Shown here: positions 17,132 to 25,837 of the stretch, in pieces
Layout: the number at the start of each line of letters is the position of its first letter
Position numbering within the stretch: the first letter of the stretch is position 1
Source: Candidatus Thorarchaeota archaeon
Lineage (GTDB): Archaea > Asgardarchaeota > Thorarchaeia > Thorarchaeales > Thorarchaeaceae
Assembly (NCBI GenBank): GCA_046758445.1
Contig: JBHIAE010000027.1
Coordinates: 1 to 38,231 of the forward strand
Length of the DNA stretch: 38,231 nt
Direction of reading: 5' to 3'
Made by a program: the position numbers and the translations under genes
The notes under the pieces: model-generated
Databases searched by the model: none
What the model was told of the DNA's origin: nothing
Seen by the model: only the letters and a program-made list of their open reading frames with translations

Positions 17132-17425
17132 TCAAGAATCAGTTGCGTTGTTGCATCGTTCGAGAGCAACAAAGAAGCCCGATGTTTCGTCACCCTCGTC
17201 CACAGAATGAACCCTGAAGTTGGTGCCATGTTCGTTCCGCATTCTGTTTGCCACATGTGCGCCAATGAACTTCTTCCTCACATCTGAGAGTCTACCCTTC
17301 CAGAGAAAGATGCTCTTGGTAGTGTCGTCAACAATGCAGTAGACGCTGTGAGTTTCTAGATTGTCCTTTGACAAATCGACCTCAATCAGGGTGCCGTCAT
17401 CCTGCATTTCAAATCCATTGGCCAT
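17132..17425 (-). CDS. Single-domain gelsolin-like protein (eukaryotic signature protein)
   Basis: LETHSVYCIVD...IFLWKGRLS.VRKKF.GA..A...VDEGDE..GF..AL matches the gelsolin-domain pattern; start refined to ATG 17425. Confidence 0.8.
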   Translation of the reverse strand: MANGFEMQDDGTLIEVDLSKDNLETHSVYCIVDDTTKSIFLWKGRLSDVRKKFIGAHVANRMRNEHGTNFRVHSVDEGDETSGFFVALERCNNATDS

Positions 17426-17476
17426 AGGGATGCTACCCCGCACAATCCATCTGCTTATGTGACATCTCGGTTAAGC

Positions 17477-17845
17477 TCAGACACTCTCGAAATGAGCCTT
17501 GACGGTCCCACCGCAGTAGTTGCATCTGGCCTCAAGCGGGCCAGTCCAGTCAATGTCTTCATGAGTGAGGGATGCGCCACAAGAAGGACATCTCTCTGGC
17601 AGCCTTACAGTCTTGATCTCGGTACCGTCGCTCCTTCTTTGTCCACGATAGCGGTCAGGAATTACAAATGAAGGAGCCTCCGTAGTAAAGCCTGCGGCCA
17701 TGGCCTGAGATGCTCTGCAAGCACCTCTCGAAACGACGATCATTACAATGCACAGGAAGATGGGTCCGAGAATGAAGAATAGAGTAAACACGCCAAAGAC
17801 TTCCCAGAAGATGCCGAAGACACTATCAAAGATTCCGAACTGCAA
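17477..17845 (-). CDS. Membrane protein with C-terminal zinc ribbon (CPSC...CNYC)
   Basis: N-terminal hydrophobic helix; CPSCGA...CNYCG. Start probably TTG at 17845 after GAGG (the ORF track extends it to 17920). Confidence 0.7.
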   Translation of the reverse strand: MQFGIFDSVFGIFWEVFGVFTLFFILGPIFLCIVMIVVSRGACRASQAMAAGFTTEAPSFVIPDRYRGQRRSDGTEIKTVRLPERCPSCGASLTHEDIDWTGPLEARCNYCGGTVKAHFESV

Positions 17846-17952
17846 TTGATTTCCCTCAGTGCGCCTAAGCTCGGGGTACGTCCTGAGATGTGGGCTTATT
17901 ATCTTTTTTTGAACGGTCAAAGTCGATTCTGAGTGAACAGAATCATCACGGA

Positions 17953-18930
17953 CTAGGCAGCCACCTCTTCTTCCGCATCTAATGTGAAAGCTGTGGATAT
18001 GAACCTGAAGGCGAAAGCCAGCGCGCCCAGGCCGATGACTATACCCGTTACCGTCGGAAAGACTCCGTCAAATTGCGTAAGGCCCAGATACACGAGTAAG
18101 AGCCCGATACCTCCTCCGCCACCCAGATGAAGCAGGCCGCCGAACATGGTCATCGCCCTGAATGCCAGCTTTCTGGGGAACTTCAGTGAGATGACTCTTC
18201 CAGATGCACCATCTAACATTGCGTCATACTTGCGAATTGAGAAGTCATATTTGATATGCCACACAGGAACATGCACTAGGAAGACGGCTGGGATATTGAG
18301 GTCCGTCTTCATATTGGAAACGATGTCAACCTCTTTCAACGCCTCCTCTCGCAGAAGAGAGTTCATGCTACGCTTGGCGGAGTCAATGGCCGCACTTCTC
18401 TCAATTGTCGATGGCACTAGATTCCCAGCAACTTCTTTTATGAGATCTTTGTCAAAGAACTCCTTTCTACGGATGCTGATAATGTATGATGCAAGTGGCT
18501 TCGGCATGTCACTGCTAGCAGGAACAAAGACATCCTTCTCCATCTCAATATGTCCACTCTCATCAACATTCTTCCAGCTTACGCCACGAAATCGCCTCTT
18601 GCCATCAAAATCAGGTTTTGACTGCGTGCCTGTGTAATCGGCTGTCGCCTCAACCTCCACGACCCAGAAAGGGTAGTAGACCAGCTTGCTCTTCACTATC
18701 TTCGATTTTCTCTCTAGATCCTTTGGTACTCCTAGCTGCTTTGATGCCCAGGTCAACATCTTTGCCCATGCGTTCTCTAGACTGTACTGGAGACGCATCA
18801 CGTAGCTCTCTTTCAAGATCTCGCCTGTCTTGACTTGGACTGTCGTGCTACAATACGGGCAAACGATGGTGCTACTGTCTGGCGGAACCTCTATTGGACC
18901 ATCACAGTTTGGACAACTTATGTCAGTCAT
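17953..18930 (-). CDS. N-terminal zinc-ribbon protein with two C-terminal TM helices
   Basis: CPNC...CPYC; YYPFWVV; HVPVWHIKY...DGASGRV; two hydrophobic helices; ATGA overlap with the upstream paralogue. Confidence 0.8.
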   Translation of the reverse strand: MTDISCPNCDGPIEVPPDSSTIVCPYCSTTVQVKTGEILKESYVMRLQYSLENAWAKMLTWASKQLGVPKDLERKSKIVKSKLVYYPFWVVEVEATADYTGTQSKPDFDGKRRFRGVSWKNVDESGHIEMEKDVFVPASSDMPKPLASYIISIRRKEFFDKDLIKEVAGNLVPSTIERSAAIDSAKRSMNSLLREEALKEVDIVSNMKTDLNIPAVFLVHVPVWHIKYDFSIRKYDAMLDGASGRVISLKFPRKLAFRAMTMFGGLLHLGGGGGIGLLLVYLGLTQFDGVFPTVTGIVIGLGALAFAFRFISTAFTLDAEEEVAA

Positions 18931-19997
18931 CTGAACCTCTCCTCCAGTCCCTTTATCGAGCCAGCTATCGAGAACCTCTCCTCTCGCTCCTTCGCGTCGG
19001 CTGTCATCCGTATCTCATACTTCAGAACATTTCCCATGAACTTGTAGGCAGCAAGGAAGAGGATTGCTCCAATCACGACCATGGCGATTGGTATTAGTGC
19101 CGCATCCCCGTCAGATGATCCCGAAGTGAAGATTGCATATGTAATGTAGGGAGTCCCTTGAAAGAGCAAGGCTGAACCAAGAAGCATGAGCACACTGACA
19201 AACCAGTTCTTGAAACGATACCTCTTCGTCACAGGAAGTTCTCCCAATACCACCTTGCCTGTTGCGCCTGAAGCGGCAACGCGAAATGTCCCATCTCGAT
19301 GCTCATACCTCACCAGCCAGTATGGTGCATGTACATAGGTACATTCACTTGGAGTCATTTCAAGTCGATAGTCCAAGAGCTTAGTCACTTTCTTATTCAA
19401 GTCAGCTCGGTCTCGTTCAGACTTCTTGTGCTTCGCTCGGACAGGAGCATCATCTTCGCCAATCTCTGAGTTCAGTATTGGAGCCTCATTTGTAAGTCCG
19501 ATATCGAAGGACTGAGTTTCAGAGTCCTCTAGTGACTCGATGAGCTCATGAATCCCAAAAGTCGCAGCGTGTCGTCGTGCCAGCACCCATTCCGTGACCT
19601 GCCTCGAGTCCCGCTCCTCGACCTTCTCCCAGTGCTTTGAATTGCCGCTGCCTCTTTGTTGTGCGCCAAAATGGTAGGTATCGCTTTGGGCCCTCACTCT
19701 GAAAGTTGGAATCCATTGCAGACTTGGTTCCCCAATCTCGATTTCTCGAATGAACCTAGTTCCAACAGACTTTGAAGCTGCAAAACGAACCCATTCGGAC
19801 ACGACTGTCTTCACGCCCTCCGGAGAGAGTCTGTTTGTCAACAGGAGGTGTTCCTTCAGCTCTCCTCCGTCAACTATGATGGTTCTGCCGCAGAATGGAC
19901 ATGTAGTTATTACATCATCAGCTCCTAGAGGATATGGCGCATTACAGTTCTCGCAGCGGTATTGCACGAGTCGTTGTGATTCGTCCTGAGTCACCAT
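18927..19997 (-). CDS. N-terminal zinc-ribbon protein with two C-terminal TM helices (paralogue of 17953-18930)
   Basis: CENC...CPFC; WIPTFRV; HAPYWLVRY...SGATGKV; two TM helices. Confidence 0.8.
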   Translation of the reverse strand: MVTQDESQRLVQYRCENCNAPYPLGADDVITTCPFCGRTIIVDGGELKEHLLLTNRLSPEGVKTVVSEWVRFAASKSVGTRFIREIEIGEPSLQWIPTFRVRAQSDTYHFGAQQRGSGNSKHWEKVEERDSRQVTEWVLARRHAATFGIHELIESLEDSETQSFDIGLTNEAPILNSEIGEDDAPVRAKHKKSERDRADLNKKVTKLLDYRLEMTPSECTYVHAPYWLVRYEHRDGTFRVAASGATGKVVLGELPVTKRYRFKNWFVSVLMLLGSALLFQGTPYITYAIFTSGSSDGDAALIPIAMVVIGAILFLAAYKFMGNVLKYEIRMTADAKEREERFSIAGSIKGLEERFR

Positions 19998-20203
19998 TCG
20001 AACTCAAACCCAATGAATTGACTTGGAACCCACGGTCATTGTCTATGTTGCCGATGTCTATTCTCCCCACGCGGAAACCACAGACATCGATGTTTCGAGG
20101 CTGAAATAAGCGAGTTTCCGCGTTATTGAGTCTCTTCGGAACCTATAAAAGATTGGTCTTGAACAGCCGTCGCCAGCAACCTCACTGGAGGTCGAATGGA
20201 ATA

Positions 20204-20563
20204 ATGAAGATTCCCGCAAGCATCCTAAAGAGACTATACGTCAAGAACAGCCTCACCAATTTGGACGATGGCTTCAGTTTCAAGATCAAGAACTCGCTGT
20301 CGAATGGAACAGCAACCAGCATGGAGCCTGTGAAAGTCGACGGCAACGAGTATCCCGTAGAGGGCATAGTGATTAGGTCTCAGGATGGAGAGGTAAAGGC
20401 AGCCGAGGTCAACGAGTCCAACGCATTCATCATAAAGGTTGGACTTGAGGTGGAGATTCACGTGAAGGCAGATCCACTTCCAGAAGGCCCACATACTATA
20501 GGCATTAGTTTTGAAACCAGAGAGATTGGCGAGATTACTTTCGAAGTAGATGACGAGATTTGA
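20204..20563 (+). CDS. Small beta-rich hypothetical protein, resembling the accessory N-terminal domain of some HMG-CoA reductases
   Basis: MKIPASILKRLYVKNSL.N..DGFSFKIKN pattern, recalled from stand-alone archaeal and Chloroflexi proteins; GGAGGT SD upstream. No catalytic HMGR motifs. Confidence 0.55.
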   Translation: MKIPASILKRLYVKNSLTNLDDGFSFKIKNSLSNGTATSMEPVKVDGNEYPVEGIVIRSQDGEVKAAEVNESNAFIIKVGLEVEIHVKADPLPEGPHTIGISFETREIGEITFEVDDEI

Positions 20564-20825
20564 GGGGAACCGCAGAAGACTGATTGTCTTCTGCATCACC
20601 TATAGTCACAACAGTTTCACATGGAACCGTTGACTAGTCTAGGTCATTTCTTTGCGAAGACCAAGAATAGAGGTAGAGGGATGTGTGCATAGTTTAGAGC
20701 TCTGTATCACACTGTCCTCCATCCTATTCGTCACTACAGTTCGGAAGCGTCGGATATAATGGAAATCTTCCCTACCCGCAATAGTTTTCTGCGTATCTTC
20801 ATCAAAGACTACGGTGGTTGGTGAG

Positions 20826-21740
20826 ATGTACGTTAAGATAAGGGGTGATGGCGCCGTCGGCATAGGCAGAGCTAGTGAAGGTGACGCAGAGATCACTCTG
20901 GGGTATGGCGAGGCACACATGATTGCTGCTGCCTTGGAGAAGCTTGCCCAGACCGCCCGAAGTTACAGTCAGGTCTATCATAAGACAACTGATGTTGGTG
21001 CTGGCAACAAGATCGAGTTTGCACGAGCAGAAGATGGAACGATATCTATTGCTGGAGACAGGCAGTCATACTATTGTACAGAGGCTGAGATTAGGTCGCT
21101 TGCTGAGAAGCTGAAACACCTCCCTCCAGTTGAAGTTGCCCCGGCCTCGGACTACGTGCAGAAGATATCACCGACTAAGGGACACTGCATGGTGGTCACA
21201 AACGGCGGTCAGTCGATTCAGTTGAAGTTGAGTGAAGCAGCGCTAGTCAAGACTGCTGTCCAAAATAGCATCGATAGTAGATACTTCGACGATGAGCTAG
21301 TGGTTGGCGATAGATTGCTGAAAGTTCAAAGAAGCAGCGACCTCAAGTGGCAATTGAGCGATGATTCAACCACCGTGAAGTTCACAGCGTACGAAGTCGA
21401 GGCGCTCATTGCAGGACTACACAATGGGATTCTTGATGTCATCATGGATATGGTCAAATCAATGGGGACAGATGACCTTGCAGACATTCGCGTGAAGAGT
21501 CAAGTGCAACGGATAGAACAGGAGGCAACCAAGCTCCTAGTGGATCACAGAAGAGGGAAGAGTGTAGTCAGGGACCTAACAAAGGGGGCCAGAAAGATAC
21601 TGGGAACGGGCGAAGACGCGGATGCACGGACCGTCCGGTTCATCGAACTCTGCAGATTCATTCAGACCAAGTTAGAGCCTGCGTTTCACGGGCAGCTCTT
21701 GGACCTATTGTCACAAACTTTCACTGGTGGGAAGAGATAG
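20826..21740 (+). CDS. Hypothetical protein with four beta-beta-beta-alpha internal repeats and a helical C-terminus
   Basis: Long ORF with GGTGA SD; repeats ITLGYGEAHMIAAAL, YYCTEAEIRSLAEKL, IQLKLSEAALVKTAV, VKFTAYEVEALIAGL. Confidence 0.75.
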   Translation: MYVKIRGDGAVGIGRASEGDAEITLGYGEAHMIAAALEKLAQTARSYSQVYHKTTDVGAGNKIEFARAEDGTISIAGDRQSYYCTEAEIRSLAEKLKHLPPVEVAPASDYVQKISPTKGHCMVVTNGGQSIQLKLSEAALVKTAVQNSIDSRYFDDELVVGDRLLKVQRSSDLKWQLSDDSTTVKFTAYEVEALIAGLHNGILDVIMDMVKSMGTDDLADIRVKSQVQRIEQEATKLLVDHRRGKSVVRDLTKGARKILGTGEDADARTVRFIELCRFIQTKLEPAFHGQLLDLLSQTFTGGKR

Positions 21741-21750
21741 CCGCGAAGAC

Positions 21751-23181
21751 TCAGAAACCCGATTCGCGCTCCAGAACGGCTGTGGACCATGGATATCTCT
21801 CAAGCACTCTCTGCATGAGTTTCCGAATCTTGCGTTCCTCAGAAGTGCCCCCATATGCTAGCAGAACCACCAAGCCTCCTCGCGTTCTCTTGAACTTCTG
21901 GTACATTGTCTTGGTGGTGTTTATCGAATCACAAACCACCATTACATCAGCCTGAGGAATATCAAGATCACGTTCGCCAACTGGTGACATGACTAAGACC
22001 CGGGCATCGTCGTTCTCTCTGAACTCTCTGAGCACCTCTCCCTTGTCATTGGTCTGCCCGGTGACAACAAGAACCTGGAGGCCTGCTTTCTCGAGGACAG
22101 TGGAGATTTGAGAAACCATCTCAAGATATGATGTAAGAACGAGAGTCTTTTGGTGGTCAAGTGCTATCTTGAGTACTCGTGTGACCTTTGCAGGCACCTC
22201 AGCCAGTGACCCTCTCAGTTGGCTGACATTGAAGTACTGCTTCATGAAGTCACTATGAAACATCTTGAGGAATTGCTTTGAGGGCATGGCATAGACATAC
22301 TTGCGGAGCATAAGCAATCCTGAGTAGCGTCCCTTCAACTCCTCCGTCACAGGTAGGCGTTCCAGAAGGAGATGCACTCGCCGGGCGTCACCCTCAACAA
22401 GATCCAGATTGTCACTCTCTGCTAACTCTGTCATTATCTCAGAGCGAGTGTTAAGAATTAACTCGTCTAATACTGTGGAGATGGACCTCAGTTTAGGGTC
22501 GGTCACAGTCACGACTGTCAGAAAGGTAGGTTCTAGATAGTCCTCGACATCAGTGTCGTATAGATCTTCCATTGAGATGACCTCGGCATTCGGTATGTGA
22601 TGTTTCAGCGTCTTCAACTCGTCGCGAATCTCAAGTTGTTCCCTTGCAAAGACAGCATGATCATCACGCAGAGTTCCACTCATACCAATCAGCCATTTGT
22701 CACCAAGAAGAGCGAGGATAGTCTGCCATGGAAAGACCAGTGTGGTCTTTCCGCCAGTTCTTCGAATCAAGGTGTCGACCTCATTGATGACAAGGGCATC
22801 GTAGGATTCGAACAGACCCGAATCCTTCTTCGCCACACCTGCTAGCACTTGAGGAGTTGCCACAACTACTCGCTTGTCCTTCAGGACTGTTGGCCTTCTT
22901 GGAGACGGTACCCTTGATGACAGCTCACCAAGTTCATCGTCCAATCCCCCGTATTCTCCTTTGAGGTAGTCTACGGTTTCTGCGAGAGATGATGACGAAT
23001 GGACTATTATGAGAAACTTGAGGTCTGTGAACCTTTCTGCCACAAGTTGGTGTGTGATGAATCGCTTCCCCAAGCCGCAATCGAGCTCAAGGAGTAGGTT
23101 TGTGCCCTTCAGCTCACTGACTTTGTCAAGTATATAGTTCTGATACCCCCTGGGAGTGTATCGCGGCTTTGTATCCGACAT
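21751..23181 (-). CDS. Hef/FANCM-like SF2 helicase homologue with degenerate motifs; no nuclease domain
   Basis: PRGYQ, LDCGLGKR, VATPQ, INEVD, GMSGT, SPVGERDLDIP, YQKFKRT, GTSEE. Confidence 0.8.
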   Translation of the reverse strand: MSDTKPRYTPRGYQNYILDKVSELKGTNLLLELDCGLGKRFITHQLVAERFTDLKFLIIVHSSSSLAETVDYLKGEYGGLDDELGELSSRVPSPRRPTVLKDKRVVVATPQVLAGVAKKDSGLFESYDALVINEVDTLIRRTGGKTTLVFPWQTILALLGDKWLIGMSGTLRDDHAVFAREQLEIRDELKTLKHHIPNAEVISMEDLYDTDVEDYLEPTFLTVVTVTDPKLRSISTVLDELILNTRSEIMTELAESDNLDLVEGDARRVHLLLERLPVTEELKGRYSGLLMLRKYVYAMPSKQFLKMFHSDFMKQYFNVSQLRGSLAEVPAKVTRVLKIALDHQKTLVLTSYLEMVSQISTVLEKAGLQVLVVTGQTNDKGEVLREFRENDDARVLVMSPVGERDLDIPQADVMVVCDSINTTKTMYQKFKRTRGGLVVLLAYGGTSEERKIRKLMQRVLERYPWSTAVLERESGF

Positions 23182-23319
23182 CTGTACAGCTCGTCCCTTG
23201 TGGTGGATAAGAACCCACCACTTTCTCGTCGGTGAGGTCGTTCTTTGCGCGTCTTATAACGTTTGACAAACATTGGTAATGTGCCGCATCAGGAAGAGGC
23301 TATGTCCAGACTAACTCGG

Positions 23320-24195
23320 CTAGTCTTCGGAAGGCACTTCTTCGATGTCTTCCTCAGGAATCAGTTCAGATACGTCAGTTCCGAAGGGGCCGCCAATGAC
23401 CTGATGCTTCTCCAGTTCAGTTTGACTAGGCGTTCGCGGAATGGCTCTGCCGTGAACCCAGATAGTGTTGGGCGGAATGACTTTGTCTTTGGGAACAACA
23501 GTGTTGGCGCCGACAATGACGTTGTCACCAATGTCAGCTCCCGGAAGAATAACGGCGTTTGCTCCGACGATGACATTGTCACCAATCTTCACTGTCTTCA
23601 GATAGAGTCTGTCACCTTCATACACATGGCCGCTCATTATCGCGTCGTAACCAAAGAAACAGTGGTTACCAATGATGGTTCTCTCAGGGTTGAAGAGGCG
23701 TCCATTCCCAACGACGGTGTACTTTCCGATATCTGCACCAAACCATATGTGCCTCGGCTTGGTGTCAAAGAATACACTCAAGAACCAGGCAAAGTACGGA
23801 AACAGAATGTAGTAGACTTCGTAGTACTCATACAGGAGCCACTCTTCGGTCTCCATTGAGTAGTAGCCATCTTCGAGGTATGGGATGACTCTACGCGAGA
23901 TTCTAAACATGATTGCCAACAGAGCCAAGAACAAGCCATAACACAAGAGAGCAAGTGTTGGCAGAAAGACGATGAACCAGAACCGCTCGAATGCTACCTC
24001 CGGAAAGATAGATCCAAAGGCACCTTGCAAGAACTGCTGGATGTCAGCGAAAGGCCAGCCAATCTGAGTCATTATGATATCGATTTGATCATAGGCAATC
24101 AGCACAGCACCAATGGCCGGTATCGCTGCCAATGTTATGCTGAAGAGTATTGATATGGCCAGATAGATACCATACGCTATGGATTTGATTCTCAT
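23320..24195 (-). CDS. Membrane protein with left-handed beta-helix (hexapeptide repeat) acyltransferase domain
   Basis: 2-3 N-terminal TM segments; FGADIG, TIIGNHCFFG, VKIGDNVIVGANAVILPGADIGDNVIVGAN. Confidence 0.85.
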   Translation of the reverse strand: MRIKSIAYGIYLAISILFSITLAAIPAIGAVLIAYDQIDIIMTQIGWPFADIQQFLQGAFGSIFPEVAFERFWFIVFLPTLALLCYGLFLALLAIMFRISRRVIPYLEDGYYSMETEEWLLYEYYEVYYILFPYFAWFLSVFFDTKPRHIWFGADIGKYTVVGNGRLFNPERTIIGNHCFFGYDAIMSGHVYEGDRLYLKTVKIGDNVIVGANAVILPGADIGDNVIVGANTVVPKDKVIPPNTIWVHGRAIPRTPSQTELEKHQVIGGPFGTDVSELIPEEDIEEVPSED

Positions 24196-24353
24196 TCCTC
24201 AACCTTCTACGAACTGAGATGCTGACCGGCACAGGTTCTATTTTAAACATAGCAATATCACAATTCCGACTCGCTTCTTCCGTAGGGGAAACAGATATAG
24301 AGAAGACGGAACCGACGGCCACAAGCATTGAAGCTTCTAGGAGCACCTATGGT

Positions 24354-25583
24354 ATGCCTCAAGACCTAGTCATAGTAGGAACAGGTCCCGCAGGACTCAT
24401 GACAGCGGAAAGAGCGGCGTCGAAAGGATTGAGTACGCTCGTTCTTGAGAAGAGAGCCGCCGTCACTGACTCACTGATGGGAGAACTTGTCACTGACAAC
24501 GCACTGAAGCTTCTCAGGGTTGAGCCGAGTTCTGAGTACATAGGGAACCGGTACAAGGCAATTGTCGGAGAGAGCCTTGACACAGGGGCGAACATTGCGG
24601 TAGGTGAGGGCCTGCTTGGGAACTCATACTTGCTGGATGAAGATAAGTGCCAAGAGCTGATGCGAGATCGAGCACTGTCTGACGGGGCAGAGTTCCACTA
24701 TCGCACCCGAGTGCAGTCAGTGATCCATGAGAAGGACCAGGTAGTAGGCGTGAAACACAATGGATCCAATGAGGAACGAGCAAGTATCACAGTGGGAGCC
24801 GACGGAGCTTTCAGCCGAGTATCAGAGACTGCAGGATTCACTCATCCAAAATGGCTTCTCTCTTATGGTATAAGATGGAAGCTGGCTGACTGCAAAGGTG
24901 TTGATTCAGACACCGCATTCTTCTATGTGGGGAAGGATGTTTCGCTCGGTTACATGTGGCTGTATCCGAGAAGCGAAACCGAGGTGAATTTGGGCATCGG
25001 CCGAGTACCTTCATCGAGAAACAAATGGGAGAAGCTTCCCCCCATGTTGGACGTTCTAATGAAGTACAAGAAACGTTTCCCTGAACTGAGAGACTCAAAG
25101 ATAGTGGCACAGAATGGCGGAGTTGTTCCTTGTGCCGGCATTATCCCAAGATTCACTGATGCGGGTGTTTCGCTATGCGGCAACGCTGCAGGGCAGGTTT
25201 CCTCCATTGTGGGTGGAGGCGTGACCACTTGCTTCCATGCAGGGACTATGCTGGCCAAGCATGCCAAGAGAGCAGTAGATGAAGACGACTTCTCTAGAGC
25301 CAGCATGAGGAAGTACGAGAAGGAGTACCGCCGGTCCAAGCTGGCGTCAAACATACAGAACACAGGAAAAGGGATGTGGGCGGTTAGCAGGTACTCCGTG
25401 TACAATGATCCACTTGAGGCTGCTGAGGTTGTGCTTGAAGAACTAGACGCCAAGACACTGAACAGCCTAATCCAAGGCCAAGCCGGTGTTTCGGATATAA
25501 TGACTCTCCTGACCAACTTCCTGCCCATGGTCCTAAGGATAGGAAAGGGATACCTTAGGGCAATCGCAGTAGGGGGGCTATAG
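24354..25583 (+). CDS. Geranylgeranyl reductase-family FAD-dependent oxidoreductase
   Basis: DLVIVGTGPAG, VGADGAFS, GYMWLYP, VNLGIG, GNAAGQVS..GGG; start refined to ATG 24354. Confidence 0.85.
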   Translation: MPQDLVIVGTGPAGLMTAERAASKGLSTLVLEKRAAVTDSLMGELVTDNALKLLRVEPSSEYIGNRYKAIVGESLDTGANIAVGEGLLGNSYLLDEDKCQELMRDRALSDGAEFHYRTRVQSVIHEKDQVVGVKHNGSNEERASITVGADGAFSRVSETAGFTHPKWLLSYGIRWKLADCKGVDSDTAFFYVGKDVSLGYMWLYPRSETEVNLGIGRVPSSRNKWEKLPPMLDVLMKYKKRFPELRDSKIVAQNGGVVPCAGIIPRFTDAGVSLCGNAAGQVSSIVGGGVTTCFHAGTMLAKHAKRAVDEDDFSRASMRKYEKEYRRSKLASNIQNTGKGMWAVSRYSVYNDPLEAAEVVLEELDAKTLNSLIQGQAGVSDIMTLLTNFLPMVLRIGKGYLRAIAVGGL

Positions 25584-25837
25584 AGGAAGAACGCGCGATT
25601 CCTGAAACGGGGTCCGCCCCCCACCCACCCTGCTTCGTCGCAGCGGCGAACAAATGTCCGGCCGTAACACGCCCATGAGGACGCCTTCTATACATCCATG
25701 CGGAGTTCCTGCATACTGCCGCGTTGTATTCAGTGTCTAGAAGATATAAAAAGAGTTGCCGTTGTAAACCGGAATACAGTTAGTATGTCTTCAGTTTAGG
25801 CCATGATTTGAAGAAAGACACAGGAAGATGCGTAGCA

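Noticed and set aside
23263-23859. 198-aa plus-strand ORF
   Set aside because: Antisense shadow of the hexapeptide-repeat gene; no motifs.
24950-25624. 224-aa minus-strand ORF
   Set aside because: Antisense shadow of the GGR-family gene.
25605-25650. C-rich tract and small hairpin after the GGR gene (G-quadruplex or terminator)
   Set aside because: Does not meet a canonical G4 pattern, has no U-tract, and could be chance.
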